A stretch of 64,000 nt of DNA from Candidatus Bathyarchaeia archaeon (GTDB taxonomy: Archaea > Thermoproteota > Bathyarchaeia > Bathyarchaeales > Bathycorpusculaceae): positions 19 to 64,018 of the forward strand of contig JAWBRY010000001.1 in the NCBI GenBank assembly GCA_038843545.1, given 5' to 3'. Of this stretch, positions 63,774 through 64,000 are shown one piece after another (position 1 is the stretch's first letter; every line of letters begins with the position of its first letter). The position numbers and the translations under genes were made by a program. The notes beneath the pieces were generated by a model. It was not told the DNA's origin, did no database searches, and worked only from the letters and a program-made list of their open reading frames with translations.

Positions 63774-63828
63774 CCCCGTTTCCTCGCTTGCTTCCTTCAC
63801 TAATTCAACAAGCCCAATATAAAGGCTT

Positions 63829-64000
63829 TCACTTTTCTGTGGGTTTTCTCCGACGCTTGTGAAGGATAAATGTGTGTCCCCTAACCTCAATTAACTCAGC
63901 CCCTATGCGTTTGGAGACCTCTGCAGCTATCTCCGTCGCTTTCACCCCCTTCAGGGCTGTCTTCAGAATTTTAACCTTAATTGTTTCCCGTTTATCCAAT
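63829..64000 (-). CDS. YhbY/CRM-domain RNA-binding protein (C-terminal part; 5' end beyond the window)
   Basis: Hand translation gives ..LDKRETIKVKILKTALKGVKATEIAAEVSKRIGAELIEVRGHTFILHKRRRKPTEK*. This resembles the CRS1/YhbY pattern (..ELIKVK.l......e.a..l....ga..v..iG....lyr). Confidence 0.6.
   Translation of the reverse strand, partial: LDKRETIKVKILKTALKGVKATEIAAEVSKRIGAELIEVRGHTFILHKRRRKPTEK

Noticed and set aside
63774-63890. N-terminal 39-aa extension of eS19 in the ORF track.
   Set aside because: The extension overlaps the 3' end of the upstream YhbY-like gene (stop at 63829-63831) and is not part of the conserved eS19 sequence. The TTG at 63773 gives the canonical length.
1-64000. 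Search for CRISPR arrays, transposases or integrases, rRNA genes, box C/D sRNAs and additional tRNAs.
   Set aside because: There is no regularly spaced 25-40-bp direct repeat and no DDE, serine or tyrosine recombinase-like ORF. No intergenic RUGAUGA...CUGA pairs were seen. GGTTCAAATCC-type T-arm sequence occurs only at the tRNA-Ser. The remaining spacers are too short to hold rRNA, RNase P or SRP RNA.

Overview
Dense, mostly ordinary core chromosome from an archaeon. Genes lie on both strands with very short spacers. I found no rRNA, CRISPR array, transposase or integrase.

Lineage: a PolD (DP1+DP2) replicase occurs together with an Elf1 homologue, a short-form XPF, Alba and archaeal ether-lipid genes (GGGPS, DGGGPS, inositol-1-P synthase). 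This points to a TACK-related, PolD-bearing lineage. The exact taxon cannot be determined from this window.

Recognisable content:
- SRP54 (partial, at the window start).
- A divergent XPF/XPD pair.
- aIF5A, NAD kinase, Nob1, Alba.
- A porGDAB 2-oxoacid:ferredoxin oxidoreductase operon.
- SHMT, the PolD large subunit, and a NadE plus C-N hydrolase pair.
- orc1/cdc6 with an adjacent replication origin, and the PolD small subunit.
- An intron-containing tRNA-Ser(CGA), with the splicing endonuclease EndA also in the window.
- H+-PPase, a P-type ATPase, AsnRS, a CDF transporter, GlyRS.
- The SecE-Spt5-L11-L1-L10-P1 cluster.
- A polyamine module (SpeH, a BpsA-like enzyme, GNAT).
- The conserved S19e-PDCD5-L39e-L31e-aIF6-LX-prefoldin-FtsY cluster.

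Three real genes shorter than 60 aa are absent from the ORF track and were found by hand: Sec61beta, SecE and L39e.

Most interesting part: 25.3-28.4 kb.
- A textbook-looking oriC has three ORB boxes, an AT-rich unwinding element and an array of same-orientation TTCACA hexamers.
- It is flanked by a trio of uncharacterised putative DNA-binding proteins, one of them membrane-anchored with a coiled coil.
- The unusually long spacers around the trio carry four copies of a 17-bp composite motif, GTGAY-NN-GTGAY-GTMAY.

Three conserved genes have broken reading frames: XPF, a DUF171 SPOUT methyltransferase, and an OTCase-like transcarbamylase that also lacks its HCLP motif. These are either sequence errors or gene decay.

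All functional calls rest on motif recognition by eye. No database search was run.
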